A stretch of DNA of 64,000 bases, from the NCBI GenBank assembly GCA_951406725.2, contig OX597819.1, positions 26,350,001 through 26,414,000 on the forward strand, given 5' to 3'. Each line of letters starts with the position of its first letter. The stretch's first letter is position 1. The translations under genes and the position numbers were made by a program. Below are positions 1-14,497 of this stretch, one piece after another. The notes under the pieces were generated by a model. The model did not search any database. It was not told where the DNA came from and saw nothing but the letters and a program-made list of their open reading frames with translations. This stretch comes from Octopus vulgaris (lineage: Eukaryota).

Positions 1-309
1 TCGCTTTCGCTATTCATGATATTATGGTTTGCTTATTTGAAAATGTATTTTCTTAAGAAGAAGTTTTGTCCATGTTGTGTGTGATGATATTTACGAGTGA
101 ATGACTTCACAAGTAGAAAAATAAGGGGAGGTAATTGGTTAGCGTTATTATTGTTATTATTGTTGTGGGCAAGGAAGATAACTGTTCAGCTATCGGTAAT
201 GGGAGGGGAATATATATGTACAGACAAAAAAATATTTCCAAGGACTTGTTTAGTGAGGGGATATATGTACAGTGATGTAATCGTGAATGGAAATCTGTTA
301 AAAGATAAA

Positions 310-1520
310 AGTTGGTTATTCGTGCATATTAAGACGTGATCCATATTTTTTCAATGAAAAAGGTTTCTTTATTTAAACATTCTTTTGGAGAGATTGTGTC
401 CTTGCACTGATAGAAGGGGAAGAATGTGAAATTTGGTTTGATGCTATCTGCACATTTTTCTATGTGTCGACTAAGAGGCATTTCCCTGTTTTGCGGGAAA
501 CGGATTCGCTCTTTATGGAGAGTGGTTCTCTTTCTCAAGACCATACTCTTCTCTCCTATATAGTTGCGTCCGCAACCCGAGTAGGTTATTACATAAATTA
601 GTGAAGCTAGTTTTAATTGTGAATCTCTGTCCTTGTTTGAAAAGGAAATCCGAGCCTTCAAATAGGTTGGGGCAGGTTCCACAGTTTGGGCGTCTACATT
701 TTTTAACCGTTGGCTTCTTGGCTGTTTTGTAAAGCTGCGCATTTATTAGTAGTCTCTTCAGGTATTTGTGTTGCTTTTTGTTTTTAATGAGTTTGTGTGT
801 TTTAGGATTATGTTCATTTTTGGGTCTCTAGTTAGTAAATGAAAATTTTGCACAATAGTGTTGAATGCTTCCCTTTTTCTTGAGGTGCGTGTTGATATAC
901 GTAGTAATGTTTTGAGATGAGGTGTGATGTTATACTGTGTTGTTCTTAGTGTTTTTATGTCTAATTCTTTAGCACGCTTAATTCACTCGTCTATAAGTGA
1001 GGGTGAATATTGTCTTTCAGTAAGCGTTGTTTTGAGGTCTTGAAGACGAAGGTCCCGAGTTGTACTATCAGACACAATTGTGCAAATCCTTTTTGCCAAA
1101 TTGAAAGGGATATTTATTTTGATGTGTTTCGGGTGGCATGAGTTAAAGGGGAGATACTGTTTTGAATCAGTTAGTTTATAATAGATGTCAGTTATGATTT
1201 GATTGTTGACTTTTTTATCATAATATCTAAAAATGGGAGTTGTTCTCTATTATATTCCATTGTGAATTGAATGTTGCTATTTATATAATTTAGTGTTGAT
1301 TTGAAATCCAAAAGTTTGTCGATGTTCTCCTTCCAAATGATAAAACAGTCTTCCACGTATATTTTCCAATTTTATCTTATGTAGAGGTAAAATGGGTAAA
1401 ATATTTCTGAAGTGATACGTCATATGAGGTGAATTCAAAATATCCCATTATTAGGTTCGCAAGAACAGGGGCTGCGTTCGTTCCCATCGCAATTCCGTAA
1501 TACTGCCGATAGTACCTCAT
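310..1520 (-). mobile_element. Degenerate 5'-truncated Penelope-like retroelement (RT + GIY-YIG endonuclease)
   Basis: Minus-strand translation gives RT motif YRQYYGIAMGTNAAPVLANLIMG, then YVEDCFIIW (YxDD-like) and thumb QYLPFNSCHPKHIK. The GIY-YIG domain LIYVITYSGCGRNYIGEK..LRKRTTLHK lies in ORF 329-742. Frameshifts and stops are present. Confidence 0.9.
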
Positions 1521-1663
1521 TTGCACCTCACGGCAAGAGATGCAAATGAGGGTAGCTACATCAAACTCCATTTTTCACCAAGTTCCACATAGTGGAGGAG
1601 GCGCTTAGTGTGCCAAATTGGCGGTGCATCAGTGGGGCTACAGCTCTGAGCTGAAGCGACAAA

Positions 1664-1701
<38 letters not shown>

Positions 1702-1732
1702 TAAATATGATATGTTACAATTATTTGGTAAT

Positions 1733-1794
1733 GATAAAACTCCGAGTTTCGGATGTTGGGGTGGAAACCCACATCGGAATCTCTTTAGTTATAG
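1733..1794 (-). ncRNA. Degenerate hammerhead-like motif in a PLE terminal-repeat remnant
   Basis: Minus strand reads CTAAAGAG-attc-[cGATGT GGGT ttcc ACCC ca ACATC c]-GAAA-ctcggag-tttta. The core differs from CTGANGA by one base and has a short insertion before stem II. Confidence 0.45.
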
Positions 1795-3482
1795 GTTCTT
1801 GATAAAAATGCTATGAAAATGACCTTTAAATAAAGGGAAATTACAGTGTGATTGACCGTTATTGAGACAAAAGAGCTATTTGAATGACCGCTAGGTAAGG
1901 GAAGGAAGTAAATGTAAGGGAAAAAAACCTTCATATCAATCGCGTAAGCGCGCATGTCCATACATACATATGCACGCCCGCACACCCACGTACATGTGCC
2001 TATATGCATATACTCTTACGATTTCTATCAATATATATATATATATCTCTTATTATAAAAAATATATATATATGAGGAGAGAAAAAGAAAAGCGTACTAT
2101 GCTATATGTATATATAAATCCCCCCAAAAAACGGAATAAAAACGCAACGGATGACAATAAAACAATAAAAACCAGGACGGATCATTCGTGGCTTTCTGTT
2201 CATCAGTCAATTTTCCAATTATCATTACACTTTCGGCCTGATACACTTGAGATGTTCAAAATTGTATAGGTCCAAAAAAATCTAAGCTAAGATCATCAAT
2301 ATTTGACAAGAAACGCAGACTAAAAAAAACGAGGAAACAGAGAAAATATTAAGCTCTTACAAATACAAGCAACACGAGAATAACATCAGCGGTCTTTTAA
2401 CTAATAAGAGCAAGTTAATTTGAGCTGGCGTGTGGAGTGAATGCTTTGCGACACAAGCATAGATGGCAGTCTATGGCAGAGGAAAACAAGGTGTCGTACG
2501 GGCGGCGGCCGGGCCACGAAAATAAGATCAAGCTTCGCCAGACACCAGTCACATGGAAGGAATAGAAAGAATTATGGTGTAGTATATATATATATATATA
2601 TATATATAGTAAATTGCCAACGTAAAGTGTCAGTTACCAGTGTTGGTCATTTAATGGGAAATAGCATAAGAAAGACAACCGCATGGAGATCAGGCAGGTA
2701 AATCTATCTTACTAAAGCAAACATGGGAATTTTAAAAATCTAGACTCCTTGTATTTAGTATTTAGACATTAGGGGTATAGTAAAAATAAATAGTAAATAA
2801 GCTAAGCTCCTACATCTTGCAGCTCAAGCAATCACGTATATTATGTGTTTGTCTGTGATTATCTGAAGGCTTTTATCTATGTTTATGTCAAATTCTAAAT
2901 CTCATGACCACGTAATTGCAATTTTAATTAGCTGATATTTTCTATTGTTTGCTGCTGCTTGACTGGTCAGAAATTAAACGGTGCTAGAATGTTTAACTCT
3001 CATTAATGCAGAGAGATTCTTGGTTAATTAGAATTTTATTGCTAGCAACATAAGCACAGGAATGGCTGTGAGGTCAATAATTTCGTTTACAAGCTCTTGA
3101 TTCCGGTTTTATTTCCACAGCATTGCACCTTTGGCGTTTGTCTTCAATTGCCTTAAATTAACTACAATATTGATTAAAATTTGTGAATGGAATTTCGATA
3201 AAGAAAATACCAATTTTATATAAGTACATGCTTGTCTTTTGCGATAAAATAAGTATATAATTTGCATTAGTCCCATATTTGATATAATCGACTAAACCAT
3301 GGAATACAGTACTCCAATATGGACGTAGCTCATTGGTAGAAACCAAGAAAATATTACACTAGGAAAGATTGCGTTTGCAAAGGAGTACCTATTTGTAAGC
3401 TACATATTCATGCGTCGACATATCGCTCAAAGTTCCTTACGCAAAAAAAAAAAAGAAATTACCTTCTAATTGAGCTTGGAGC

Positions 3483-4000
3483 GGCGGAATATCGCTTTAC
3501 ACACGGCATATAACCACTCATATATTATTATTTTTTGAAATTTGCAGAAATTATTTTGCAAATGTATGTTCTACACCGAGAAATTATACGACTATGCAAA
3601 AATCAAAATTTTTTAAAAAATGTGTAATTAAAGAGGTATTTAGCTGATATTTTTATTCATCTCACGACCAACACATATCGTCTTCGTTTGTTTATCACCC
3701 TGATATATTGATGTTTTTCCTTATCTTTTTCCCCCACAGACTCAGTTAATGGTCTATTACTGAGAATTACGACAAAGATTCGGATTGTCTGTATTTTAAG
3801 CAGTGATTAAAAAACGTCCTAAAAATTTTATATATATTTTTTTATTTTCTAAATTACGAAAAATTACAAGAAATGAAGTTCATACTCATGTTTTCCCGTA
3901 TGTAGAATGCGAATTGATAAAAACAAAAATTTCTACGAAATCCAAAATATAAAACAATTTATGAGGGGTTATACGCCGTACGTGAAATTGAAATTCCGCC
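3483..4000. mobile_element. MITE / non-autonomous DNA transposon with long imperfect TIRs
   Basis: GGCGGAATATCGCTTTACACACGGCATATAACCACTCATA (3483-) is mirrored by TATGAGGGGTTATACGCCGTACGTGAAATTGAAATTCCGCC (-4000). Weaker similarity extends to about 110 bp. Confidence 0.7.
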
Positions 4001-4105
4001 CATTAAGCATCGTAGTATAGTACAATAATGAATGAAATGAGAAATAAGGCAGGAAATCTTCAAACAATGCAGAAAGTTTTTTTTTTAAGTCTTTATATTC
4101 CATAT

Positions 4106-4610
<505 letters not shown>

Positions 4611-5074
4611 TCCGGTTACTAAGAAGATTATAGTCAAAGATATGTGTATTTACATAGATCCTACCAATTTTGGATAGTCCGGTGCTTGTGCTAGCGGCAA
4701 TAGTTCTTCAGACGCTCGTGTAGTTGGGGCGTATTGCTCACATAGTGAACAGTTAAGATTGGCTGTAGGTTAGCAGCAGTGGTGTTGAATGCAGTGATGG
4801 TAGTGGCAATCGGCAATGGTGTAGCCTATATCGGCATAGTTGGTGATGGTGGTAATTGCATGTGTCGCAGTAGTAGTGGGTAACATTGCTAGTGGTGGTG
4901 TATATTCTTTTAGAATTCGTTCGCAAGGTGGTTGATGGCGGTCAACAACAAGTATTCTCCGTCGCAGCATGCGACAGCGAAGGTGGAGTGTGTTGGAGAC
5001 GAATAAGATGCGCTGGTCACGTTTGTATTGACGACATAATTGGACGTGTCTGCAGTGATGTAGGAAAGTGTTTT

Positions 5075-5301
5075 TTTTTTCTTGTTTCAGTCATTAGAAG
5101 GCAGCCTTGCTGAGGAACCACCTTGAATTTTTTATTATAATTAACGAGTCGGTCCCAAGACGTCTTTTTAAACCTAGTACGTATTCTATCGTTTTCATTT
5201 GCCGAACTGCTAAGTAACGGTGACACATGCACACCTACATTGGTTGTCAAACGGAGTAGGGTGGCAAGAAATACAGACTCAAAGACATACACATATACAT
5301 A

Positions 5302-5381
<80 letters not shown>

Positions 5382-5555
5382 TTTATATATATATAGGGCA
5401 ATTTTCTTTCAGTTTTCGTCAAATAAATCAACTCACAAGACTTTGGTTAGCAAGAGGCTGTAGTACAAAACACTACCCTAAGGTGTCACACAGTCGGACT
5501 GAACCCGAAACAATACGGTTGGGAAGCAAGCATCTTACCACACTATCATGCCTGA
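5075..5555 (-). mobile_element. SINE family A copy nested in the fold-back PLE
   Basis: Reverse-complement homology to 4106-4610, including the internal (TA)n tract. Confidence 0.8.
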
Positions 5556-6485
5556 CAGGAGCCACCCGTTAAACATCACGGACGAGGAGAAAAGTTGACA
5601 CGGAAAGACAGCCTGCCGAAACCTCTTCGTCTATTACTCCCTATGAGAGCTAACACCGGCTATATATATATATATATATATATATAATGAGGTCACCTGC
5701 GTACACAAGAGGTACAGGGACAGTGACAGGGGGACTTAAAGATTACACAGTTCCTAAAGATACTTGGGATCATCAGACACCCAACATCCGTCACTAACAC
5801 CTTACGCGAATACAAGCCAAACAAACGCGACAGGAGGAATCCCTCTAACATCTGCTTCCTGAGGTTTTGCCACTTTAATGAGAAGCCTACGTCCGCCATA
5901 CACATGTCCATCTGCAATGAAGCCGTTGGTATCCTATTGGGCCATTCGTGACCGTCAATGCGTGGACACCTGTGTACACGAAGATCACACACAGAACACC
6001 AGTCATGCACACTGGAGAACTACCCTTTACGCAACACGAACAGGTTCCTGCGAAAGTACGTCGAGTAACAGGTGCTCCTAATGCGGCAACTATTACATCA
6101 GGCGCCGGGTCCGACCACTCGACGTCCGGCTGAATGAGCACCTGGCTACGAACTCATCTTACTTCTGCAAACACTTAACTAAATGTGGCAACGCCACCAC
6201 AGCGATAAGCACTTCCAGACTGGCCTCAGCGAGGAACACAAGAAATCCTCGTATGAAGAAAGCTTTACTGATCCACTGTCTTAACATGAAAATCAGCTGC
6301 GAGTGCGATCAACACCTTTGTCACTATGACGGACACTAACGCTCTTATTCGCCGCCACCACACACCCAGCCACCACTTTTACCTATGACAAGATCATATA
6401 GCACCAACAGCATCACCAACTACTACAACGACATACACAACTGCCACTATCACCAACTACGCCGACTTAGACAACACCATCCCCG

Positions 6486-6883
6486 GTGGAGGCGCAATGG
6501 CCCAGCGGTTATAGCGGCGGACTTGCTGTGAGTGTTTATTTCTCTCACTCTTTCTTCCTACTTCTGCCACAAAGTAGATGAATCATGGTGTAACCCACTA
6601 TGGTGTGGTAAACTTTCAGACCCTAGTCTAGATTGCGAATCTTCTGTACCCCTTGATGGTTCAGCTCTCCACCCGTTAAAAGTAACCGTTTACGGAATGA
6701 GGATAACAACCCAGCTTTCGCGCCCGTGTAACTGCCAGTCTATAACGTGTGGTGGGTGGATCTTCAAGTTGCCGCTGGCTTTCTTAGTAGCTTAGAGTAG
6801 GCTCCAATTAGAGATTATTGTTTGTGGTGGCTAATGGCGTGAGTCCTGATTGGAAGAAGAAGTAGAACAAGAACAAGAAGAAG
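6486..6883 (+). mobile_element. Chimeric retroposon: family B SINE head fused to a body with an (AAG)n-type tail
   Basis: 10-bp TSD ACCATCCCCG at 6476-6485 and 6884-6893. Head GTGGAGGCGCAATGGCCCAGCGGTTA. The body matches 45783-46084 in reverse complement. Confidence 0.8.
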
Positions 6884-7056
6884 ACCATCCCCGACTGCCG
6901 CCACTACCACAGCATTCACCACCGCTGCTGCCAACCTACAGTCAGTCTTCACCATCCGCGATGTGACGCCTACAGCACCAACTACACCAGCGTTTGAGGA
7001 GCTGCCGCTACTAGCACAACCACCGAACGACCCAAAATAGCAGGATCTATGTAGAT

Positions 7057-7428
7057 CAGGGGTTCTCAAATAATTTTTATCAACAGTCCTTTCTTACTAT
7101 GATTTTATTCTGGTGGACCCCCTTAGCTACGGCCCTCTTTGACTATGATTTTGATCTGGTGGACTCGCATAGATGTTTAAATATTAATTTTATAGAATCT
7201 TCATTCAAAATTTCTGTTTTGTATTTCACACATTAGCTTGTTGAGGTTGAACTATCTTAAATGTTAGAGAAAGAATCGTAGATGCCTCTGGCAATACATA
7301 TCAATGCATACATCTAAAACAAAAATTTTTAGAAACCCCTAAAATACTATTGTGGATCGTGGATCACCCCTTATCACAATCTCATATGAGCCCTTGGGGG
7401 CAACAAGGACTCCTGTTGAGAATCACTG
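7057..7428. mobile_element. hAT (Charlie-type) MITE
   Basis: TIRs CAGGGGTTCTCAA / TTGAGAATCACTG, and a degenerate 8-bp TSD ATGTAGAT / ACGTAAAT with central TA. Confidence 0.75.
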
Positions 7429-7440
7429 ACGTAAATACTC

Positions 7441-7485
7441 ATTTCTTCTGAGGACAGACCTTTGCTCCCGAAATATAAAGGTTCT
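7441..7485 (+). ncRNA. Degenerate hammerhead-like motif at the 3' end of the fold-back PLE
   Basis: CTGAGGA (7448-7454)...ctttgctccc GAAA (7470-7473) tataaagg. Stem II is poorly paired. Confidence 0.35.
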
Positions 7486-8091
7486 CCGAACTTGCTGCAT
7501 TCGCAGAAGCTTTCCTTCTTTCTAACTTCATTTATTGTTCTGCGAAAAGAAATTCTGATGATATATCAAACGCTGTGCATTCTGATAGTAAATCTCCTAG
7601 CGCTTGACTAAGTCAACGCCACTCTTTTCATATTATGGCTTTATTTATTACAAAAAAAATCGCCTAGTTAGTATAGCCACAGTATAATTATATTTATTAC
7701 ATTATATGATGACATCTTAATATGTTTCAGCGACTTGTGAAATTGTTTTATAGTCCCTGCAACGAGAATGACGCAGCCATTGTCTCGAAAAATGGCGTGT
7801 TAGTTGGCAATGTTTTCCCCATTCAGATAGGGTATAGAATTAGTTCAGGCGCGCAAGATACTTTGAAAAGTAAGTTGTCAAAGTTTTGTGGATCTCAAAT
7901 TGACAAATATGAGTATATTCACCTAAACGAATTTGCTTTTGTTGCTTAATACTACATTATATTTTGCAGCTTCGGTTTTGCGTGCTTTTGGAATACTTAC
8001 TATTTTCACTTCTATCAAGACATTTTTATTTGCTTGGAATTCTGAAAAATATAAAAATTTCAGTGACTTTCTTTCTAAGTCATTCATTCGT

Positions 8092-8143
<52 letters not shown>

Positions 8144-11100
8144 CTATATATATATATAGTATATATATATATATATATATACTATATATACATACACGTA
8201 CACACAAATACATTCTTTTTTTCTTGCACCACTTGATGATTAGCCTTTCGACTTTGTGTTAATGCCAGGTCGAATTTACAATGTTTTACATAAGAACAGA
8301 AAAATATGAAATGCGACTAAATCAGCTGAATTTCTAATTCTAAATATTTTTTTGTGGTTCGTTATGAGAAAATTACGTTACGTATTTCGGAAACTACGTT
8401 ATATTCCGAAAAGCTACGCTTGAAAAAGATATTTTTTTTATGTTCAAAATGCATATAAAGGGATAATTTCTTTATCTTATAAAAATTTCTGAAACAAAAT
8501 TGCCAATTGCCATTTTTAACTTTCTAATGTATTGCATAAGGTGAGTAAACAGAATTTTGTTTTGTTTCCAAGCATCTTTAACCTTTGCATTGATCATTTG
8601 AAAATCAGATAAAATATAAACTCAAAATGCATTATTCAAAGTGATTTGAAAGACGTTGTGTCTTAATGGAGAGAGTGATACTGTTTGTTCTTATTTCTCG
8701 GAACAATTGTACATAAATTATCTGACAGGTAGAGAAAAAAAAGAAACTTTTTGTGTTTGAAAATACATTGACCTATCTGAATATAAAAGGGAAGTAGTAC
8801 TGTTTATATAATTTCTTAAATTTCTCTCAAAATACTCAATATTTTCAACGTGTCTGAACACTTCTTAGTGTAGCTGAAATATGATTTACTTCAGTTATCA
8901 ATTTAACTCACATTTACATATTCACCTTCAAACTTGTGGTATGACATTGAAGAAAAGGTTCCATTCCTTTTCAAGGTCCCCATAATTCGAAAATTAATCA
9001 ACCTAGTTTTCATGTGTGGCATTCTCTTTCAATTCACGTTTGCCCCAATGTATTTGTCTGTACAAGCTTCATTATAAAATATATAGAGCTACTGGGCACT
9101 ATGCGTCACACCATCTTGAGCGGATTTTATAAATTTATGCATTTTCGAAAGAAATCAACATCAACATATTGCCTTTTATTTGATATGGTTGTAAAACAAG
9201 GCGTTGGTAGATGAGAGGACGTGATCAGCCAGCTTGAAAATTTTCCATACTTCTTCGGCCATTTTATTCCTCATTGTCACAACACTACACACTATGGGAA
9301 ATGAGCGAAGTAAATTTTATCAGTCCTAACACATAACTGGCCCTCATATTATGGAACCTTGAGGTAAAGAAAAGAGAAATCTGTTGGATTTAACCACAGA
9401 ATATGGAGCGACGTAACAAAATGCCAACTGGCATTTTATGTCATTCATCACTCTCGTATCTTTTAGTGATGTTAATTCAAGGAAACGTGAAAAAGGTAGG
9501 AGGACCACGTAGTATGTACATACATAGATGTGTGTGGGAGGTTCAAAGAGGGAGTTGTATAGATAAATAAATTCCCGATATATATACGTGTGTGCGTGTG
9601 TGTGCGTATTCATGTGGATTTACCACAGGAATTTATCTTTTGTTTTAGATATATTAATTTAATAACCTTTCTCTAAATTAGTTTAGGGTATTACCATCTG
9701 TAAAATATGTAATTTTTTGCAGTTTATATCTATATCTGTTCGCACTGCTATTAATATTCAATCCAGTGTTACTGGGTAGTAATAACATTAACTCATTCTG
9801 AAATAATCCACATCTTCTTGACATGTTCTAGTATTATTTTTATGGCTCCTTAAAAATCTACATCTATTATTTTTAAAAGAGTATGATTTCAACGCGAAAA
9901 TGGCAACTACGTGCGCCAGATATTTCTGTCTTTGCATGACATACTCCTCTGCAGCTTAAAGGTTTTATTGATGTGAAATAATTACCAAGGATTTTACGCG
10001 AAATATTCGTCGTGGACCGTATATAATTCTCAAAGGCGTTACTAACATGAATGGTATTAACAACAAAATTCGAAAGCCGTGTTCGTATGATGATATAATT
10101 CAATATAGTACTGAGTGCGCCAACGGAGGGAGAAACCGCCCACAATTTTAGCTCCAATTAGATGAGATGATGATATTTTGTATACAGCTTCAACTGCTGC
10201 AATCCTTAGTTTGTGACAGGCGAGTTGCCTATATTAGTGACGGGTATAGTTATATTACACTGGAGTGCGAGACTTTTCTGTGAATAGACTAAAATAAAAG
10301 AATTGGTTTCTGGTTTTCTCAGGTCAAATTTAAATGAATGATTGTATAAACTGCATCTCCTGCATCAATGACATAAAATGGCAGCATTTTAAAGTGTTCT
10401 AAAAACATTTGTATTGTGATTAAATTATTTTGAATGAATTGTAGATTTTCTAGTATTTAAGATAAATCGGAAAATAATCGGTAAATAGACTAATATGCAG
10501 CAATGTGGATTATAATTTTGAATAATACTGTAATAAAAGATAGAATATTTAACCCATAAATAACATTTACACTGACAGTTCTTAAAGTGAAAATTCTATT
10601 TTTAATCTTAATTCTTATATTTTTAGACTTACGTTTTTATTAAGCTATTTTATATTGAACAAAGATTTCTCAACACGGATTTCTATTATTACTCGTTCAG
10701 CTCTGATATCAAAGAACTGATATTAATATTCAGTAAATTCATTTTTCAGCCACGTTGATATTTTTTGTAGATGTAAAAATATTTACACCATGCTTCGGTA
10801 AAAGTCACAGGAGAACGGGAATCAAGCATGCTATAAGTACTCCTGAAAATTCTTTGCTTCGTTTGAGATCTAGTGAAGCAGTCTCACCAAATATTCATTA
10901 TTACGTATTCAGAGCTGAAAACGTTTCTTGTTTTCTACACAGGAATTGTTTAATTTTATAGAAATCCGAGCGATTTGGAGTTTATAAACGATAGGTTCAA
11001 CAACCTCGGTCTATATTCCATATCAAAATGATACTGTTAAGAAGTCCGCTTCGTAAACACGAGGCTACTGGTTCAGTTCCACTGCAAGGTAACTTGGGCC

Positions 11101-11721
11101 TTGGCTGCCTAAGACTTTGTGATGTAATTTGGTAAAAATAATCCGTGCGGAAACTTTAGTGTGTGCGCACGTACGCATGTCTGTGATTGACTTCCAACAC
11201 ATTTTACACCTTGTCAAACTCATGGATTGAAACATAGGCATCTACTGAACAAAAAATAAAGAAAAGAAACAAGAAAGAATTGGGTCCTGTGTAATACTGG
11301 AAGAAACTCGTCCAACGTGCTGCAAAGTGAGACTGAACTCGAGAGCAAAAATGTTTGGGAAAACAGCTTCTAACGACACAGCCTTAGCTTGAGATCATGC
11401 AAAACCTGAAGTAAATTAAGATAATTCTGTTTATCAGTTTTGTTAAAGCATCTAAGCAACTGTAAAGCCGATACACGCTATTTTTCGAGATATCACTTAG
11501 TGAAGTGTTTAACCTGAGGCTGTTGACAATGGATATTTACAAATAGGATTATTAAACAACTGTATGCTAGTCTTTGGGCTTTAGTAGATAATGTAGTGAC
11601 TATTGATGAGGATGGTTTTCTTGTTACTGGTATCGTTACAGTATTGATTGCTAAAGTTAAAATTACACAGAAGTTCAACCTGAAACTAAATAATTCTATA
11701 GATTAGCGAGACAGAGGTAGT

Positions 11722-12657
<936 letters not shown>

Positions 12658-13939
12658 TTATTGTATTCAAATATTTGCTGTAACGTAATATGAAAGCCCA
12701 GCCAGATCAAAACAACTTACATTATTTGCATTGCTTTTTCCGTTTGTTCTCTTTACACAGTTTCGAATCTACACACCCATACACATGTATTTCTCTCTCT
12801 CTCTCTCTCACTCTCTGTGCGTGTGCGTGTTTGTGTGTGTATGTGTAAGCAATGAAGCTGAACAACATCAAGAATACTATTCTGTCCATCGCATAATATT
12901 AGTTGCGTACGTGTCCAATCTTTCTAGAGATAAATTTCTAACCAAATCACAAACAATATCGAAATACTGATGCCAAGCCATTTAGCCAGTCTCCCAATTA
13001 TCGATTCTTAAAGGTAATATCGATCCTTCAATATACGGAAACCAGTTACATAAATATCAGTATGTTCGTTCTTACATTCCGATTTTGACAACCGCACCCA
13101 TCCTACCTTCGTTAGCGATCTTCGTTAAAGAAGCGTATCACTCCTGTCATTGTAGTTGCCTTTTGTTTGTTTGTTTCTGATTGAATTCTATAGTTTTATT
13201 TATAGGCTACTCTAATGAAACATAAATCCTTGCTTCTTTTTACTCTCTTCTAATAAGGAACTGTCAGTCCCATTGCTTGGAGACGTTTCTTTTTACCATA
13301 CAGTTTGGATGGTTAGTTAACGCTAGTTGTTTTCAATTTGCCATTTATATATTTCATTTAAGTATTTTTAGAAACCAGATATTAAGATATACTGTTCACA
13401 TTTTGTCTTTGTATATCTACTATGGTTTCTATTTATGATATTTTAGAAACTCTATATACGATATAAAACACTTCTACTTTGTTTCTAATAAGTAATTTAT
13501 TCTGTAGTTGTTTGTCTTCCACGTGAAGATAAGTTTAAACGTTTGAAACGCATTGGGTATTTTTATCAGAATTGTACTTGGTTACACCACACACGCGCAT
13601 ACAGGCACACATACATACACACATACACAGTTTCACGCACACACACATCATCTATGTTTTTTCGGCCCCACTGATACAGTGCTAGTGATAAATCTAAATC
13701 GACTGCCAAAAACCGTTTTCAGAACTGTGCAGCACTACATTCCAGCTCTTAAACCTACAAGAATGTTGAGCGTCTTTACGTATTCCTAACCTGATCTCTT
13801 GAGGATGATTCAGTGAAAAAAAGTTGTTTTTTTCTTTCACTGGTAAATTCATTTTCTATTTGTTTCATATAAATTATATTACATAAACTCTGTTGAAATT
13901 CTAACATTTCAAAGATATTTATATTTGATAATATCTATT

Positions 13940-14287
13940 TTACTCTTTTGCACGTTTCAGTCATTTGACTGTGGCCATGCTGGAGCACCACATTTAGTCG
14001 AACAAATCAACCCCAGGACTTATTCATTGTAAACCTAGTACTTACTCTATCGTTCTCTTTTTGCCGAACAGCTAAGTTTCGGGGACGTAAAAACACCAAC
14101 ATCGATTGTCAGGTGATGGGGGAGGGGAGGATAAACACAGACAGTAATACACGTGCGAACAATAAATAAGTTAATTGCATTGCAATTAAAAACATTTATG
14201 TATTAAGAATTTGGGTACTTTACCAACAGTATATTGGATAAATATTATCCCTTTGTGGGTTGCACACATAGCCCCTAACTTACTTTG

Positions 14288-14335
<48 letters not shown>

Positions 14336-14497
14336 ACGGGCTTCCTTCAGTTTTCGGCTTCCAAATCCACTCTCAATGCTTCGGTCGGCCCGAGGCTATA
14401 GTAGAAGTCACTAGCCCAAGTTGACCCGCAGTGGGACTGAACCCGGAATTATGTGGTTGGAAAGCAAGCTTCTTACCATACAGCCGCGCCTTCGCCT
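13940..14497 (-). mobile_element. SINE family A copy
   Basis: Tail CAGTCATTTGACTGTGGCCATGCTGGAGCACC and head ...CTTACCATACAGCCGCGCC, with an internal (TA)n tract. Confidence 0.85.

Larger units (their letters stand above)
4640..7485 (+). mobile_element. Truncated Penelope-like element with an inverted 5' copy of its 3' repeat (fold-back), carrying nested insertions
   Basis: 4650-5070 is the reverse complement (about 70%) of 6310-6485 + 6884-7056. The interval 5850-6310 (+) translates to CGNYYIRRRVRPLDVRLNEHLATNSSYFCKHL...KKALLIHCLNMKIS, a decayed GIY-YIG domain. Confidence 0.75.

Noticed and set aside
2175-2210. CTGATGA...GAAT...GTC on the minus strand as a called hammerhead
   Set aside because: Stem II does not pair and GAAA is broken, so it is mentioned only as context.
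4670-4712. CTGAAGA on the minus strand in the left fold-back arm as an HHR
   Set aside because: No GAAA or stem II is conserved between the two arms at this position.
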